Shown: positions 62,425 through 64,000 of the stretch, piece after piece
Layout: every line of letters starts with the position of its first letter
Numbering within the stretch: position 1 is the first letter of the stretch
Assembly: GCA_963748015.1 (NCBI GenBank)
Contig: CAVVHE010000004.1
Coordinates: 1,088,001-1,152,000, forward strand
Direction of reading: 5' to 3'
Source of the DNA: Terriglobia bacterium
GTDB taxonomy: Bacteria; Acidobacteriota; Polarisedimenticolia; Polarisedimenticolales; JAIQFR01
Length of the DNA stretch: 64,000 nt
Notes under the pieces: model-generated
Database searches by the model: none
What the model was told of the DNA's origin: nothing
What the model saw: only the letters and a program-made list of their open reading frames with translations
Translations under genes and position numbers: made by a program

Positions 62425-62784
62425 GTGAGGAGACTGGCGCTGCTGGTGGCCGGACTGTTCCTTGTCAGCATGTGCGTGATGGCCGCGGACATCCCGGCGG
62501 ACAAGGCAACGATCAAGTGGGAAACGAAGATGGGGACGGTCACGTTCCCGCACAAGGCCCACTCGGAGCGCGCGAAGTGCGCCGAGTGCCATCACACCAC
62601 GAAGGAAGGCGAGGCGGTCAAGGCGTGCGGCACGTGCCATGGCAAGGAAGCCACGGACAAGGCGCCGAAGCTGCAGGACGCCGCCCACAAGCTGTGCAAG
62701 GGCTGCCACGAGAAGACCGTGGCCGCCGGCAAGAAGGCCCCTGCGAAGGACTGCAAGGCCTGTCACGTGAAGCCCACCGCGTAG
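62425..62784 (+). CDS. Small tetraheme class III cytochrome c (c3-like)
   Basis: Signal peptide, VTFPHKAH, CAECHH, CGTCH, CKGCH, CKACH; AGGAGG RBS. Confidence 0.92.
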   Translation: MRRLALLVAGLFLVSMCVMAADIPADKATIKWETKMGTVTFPHKAHSERAKCAECHHTTKEGEAVKACGTCHGKEATDKAPKLQDAAHKLCKGCHEKTVAAGKKAPAKDCKACHVKPTA

Positions 62785-62820
62785 TACGCGAGGGCAGGCT
62801 CGACCGCTGTGAGTCTTGTT

Positions 62821-62846
62821 CGGGGCGGCCCCCGCGGGCCGCCCCG
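62821..62846. terminator. GC-rich hairpin between convergent genes
   Basis: 11-bp stem CGGGGCGGCCC / GGGCCGCCCCG with a 4-nt loop. Confidence 0.6.
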
Positions 62847-62887
62847 TTCCGTTCATGGCGAACGGAGCCGGCGACCCGTCCCGGTTA

Positions 62888-64000
62888 TCACCCCTTGATG
62901 ACGCCCATGGGACGGATCCGCGCCACCTTTCTCGACAGCCCCGCGCCGTGCACGACGTCCACGACGTCGGCCACGTCCTTGTAGGCCTCGGGCATTTCCT
63001 CGGCGACGGTCGCCAGCCCGGCGGAACGGATCGAGATCCCGCGGTCGCGCAGCTCGCGGACCAGCGACCGGCCCTGGGCGGCCCGCTTCGCCGCGGTCCG
63101 GCTCATGACCCGGCCCGCGCCGTGGCACGTGCTCCCGAACGTCTCCCGCATCGCGCCCGGGGCCCCCACCAGCACGAACGAGTAGCGCCCCATGTCGCCG
63201 GGAATCAGGACCGGCTGGCCGACGCTCCGGTACTTCTCCGGCACGTCGGGATGCCCGGCCGGGAAGGCGCGCGTCGCTCCCTTGCGGTGGACGCAGACGC
63301 GGCGGGGTCTTCCCTCGACCGCGTGCGTCTCGAACTTGGCCACGTTGTGGCAAACGTCGTAGACGGTGTGCAGGCCGTGGTCCCGCGGCCCGGCGCCGAG
63401 CGCCCGCTCGAACGCCTCGCGCACGCCGTGCGCCATTCGCTGCCGGTTCGCGAAGGCGTAGTTGGCGGCGCAGGCCATCGCGGCGAGGTACTCCTTCGCC
63501 TCGGGAGAGCGGAGGGGGGCGCAGCAGAGCTGGCGGTCGGGGAGGTCGATCCCGTACTTCGCCGCGGCCTTCACCATCCCCTTCACCGCGTCGTCGCAGA
63601 CCTGGTAGCCGAGCCCTCTCGACCCCGAGTGGATCATCACCGTGACGCCGTCCTCGCGGAGCCCGAAGGCCGCGGCCGCCGCCGCGTCATAGACCTCCTC
63701 CACGAAGCCGATCTCGATGAAGTGGTTGCCGCTCCCGACGGTCCCGAGTTGCGAGCGGCCCCGCTCGATCGCGCGGGCAGAGACCGCATCCGGATCGGCC
63801 CCGGGCAGCGCCCCGCCCCCCTCGATCGCGTCGAGATCCGACGCCCAGCCGTAGCCGCGCTCGACGGCCCAGGGGGCCCCGCGCACGAGAAGCTGCCGCT
63901 CCTCCTTCTCGGTGAGCACCTCGTCGCGCCGGTGCGAGCCCACCCCCGTGGGGACAGCCGCAAACAGCGCCTCGACCAGCCGGTCCATGCGGGAGCGGAC
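62888..64000 (-). CDS. rtcB: RNA ligase RtcB, 5' end outside the window
   Basis: GSGNHFIE, HSGSRG, HNVAK, HRKGAT, PGDMG, HGAGR, EEMPEAYK. Confidence 0.95.
   Translation of the reverse strand, partial: VRSRMDRLVEALFAAVPTGVGSHRRDEVLTEKEERQLLVRGAPWAVERGYGWASDLDAIEGGGALPGADPDAVSARAIERGRSQLGTVGSGNHFIEIGFVEEVYDAAAAAAFGLREDGVTVMIHSGSRGLGYQVCDDAVKGMVKAAAKYGIDLPDRQLCCAPLRSPEAKEYLAAMACAANYAFANRQRMAHGVREAFERALGAGPRDHGLHTVYDVCHNVAKFETHAVEGRPRRVCVHRKGATRAFPAGHPDVPEKYRSVGQPVLIPGDMGRYSFVLVGAPGAMRETFGSTCHGAGRVMSRTAAKRAAQGRSLVRELRDRGISIRSAGLATVAEEMPEAYKDVADVVDVVHGAGLSRKVARIRPMGVIKG

Overview
Very GC-rich bacterial window, mostly housekeeping genes on the minus strand; gene content and order suggest an Acidobacteriota- or deltaproteobacteria-like organism (inference). 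It holds PBP1A, ffh-rpsP-khpA-rimM-trmD-rplS, a long coupled run pgsA-DUF502-plsC-thpR-plsY-gpsA-cpsB-pilF-ftsY-ribD-ribE-ribBA, pilT-recX-alaS-slt, prfB (programmed +1 frameshift)-hrcA-grpE-dnaK-dnaJ-prmA-rsmE-ilvE, recN-coaD-larA-like, nfeD-slipin-GGDEF-SPOR, tol-pal, rpsT, maeB and a truncated rtcB. The most notable part is 52.0-58.3 kb: a 19-heme cytochrome c fused to a cytochrome b domain (CbcL-like, with a Cys where its own repeat has a His ligand), a paralogous 11-heme cytochrome (frameshifted in a G6 run), a separate cytochrome b, a rhodanese and a MauE/DoxX protein, with a sigma-54 promoter before each cytochrome unit. Also seen: an XRE-TPR regulator/S8 protease/secreted protein cassette, a degenerate NtrC-like regulator, a MITE inserted at the prmA stop codon, and two long palindromes flanking pilT. 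No rRNA, tRNA or CRISPR array was recognised. Several starts were re-called by eye from RBS and stop/start overlaps. No database searches were run.
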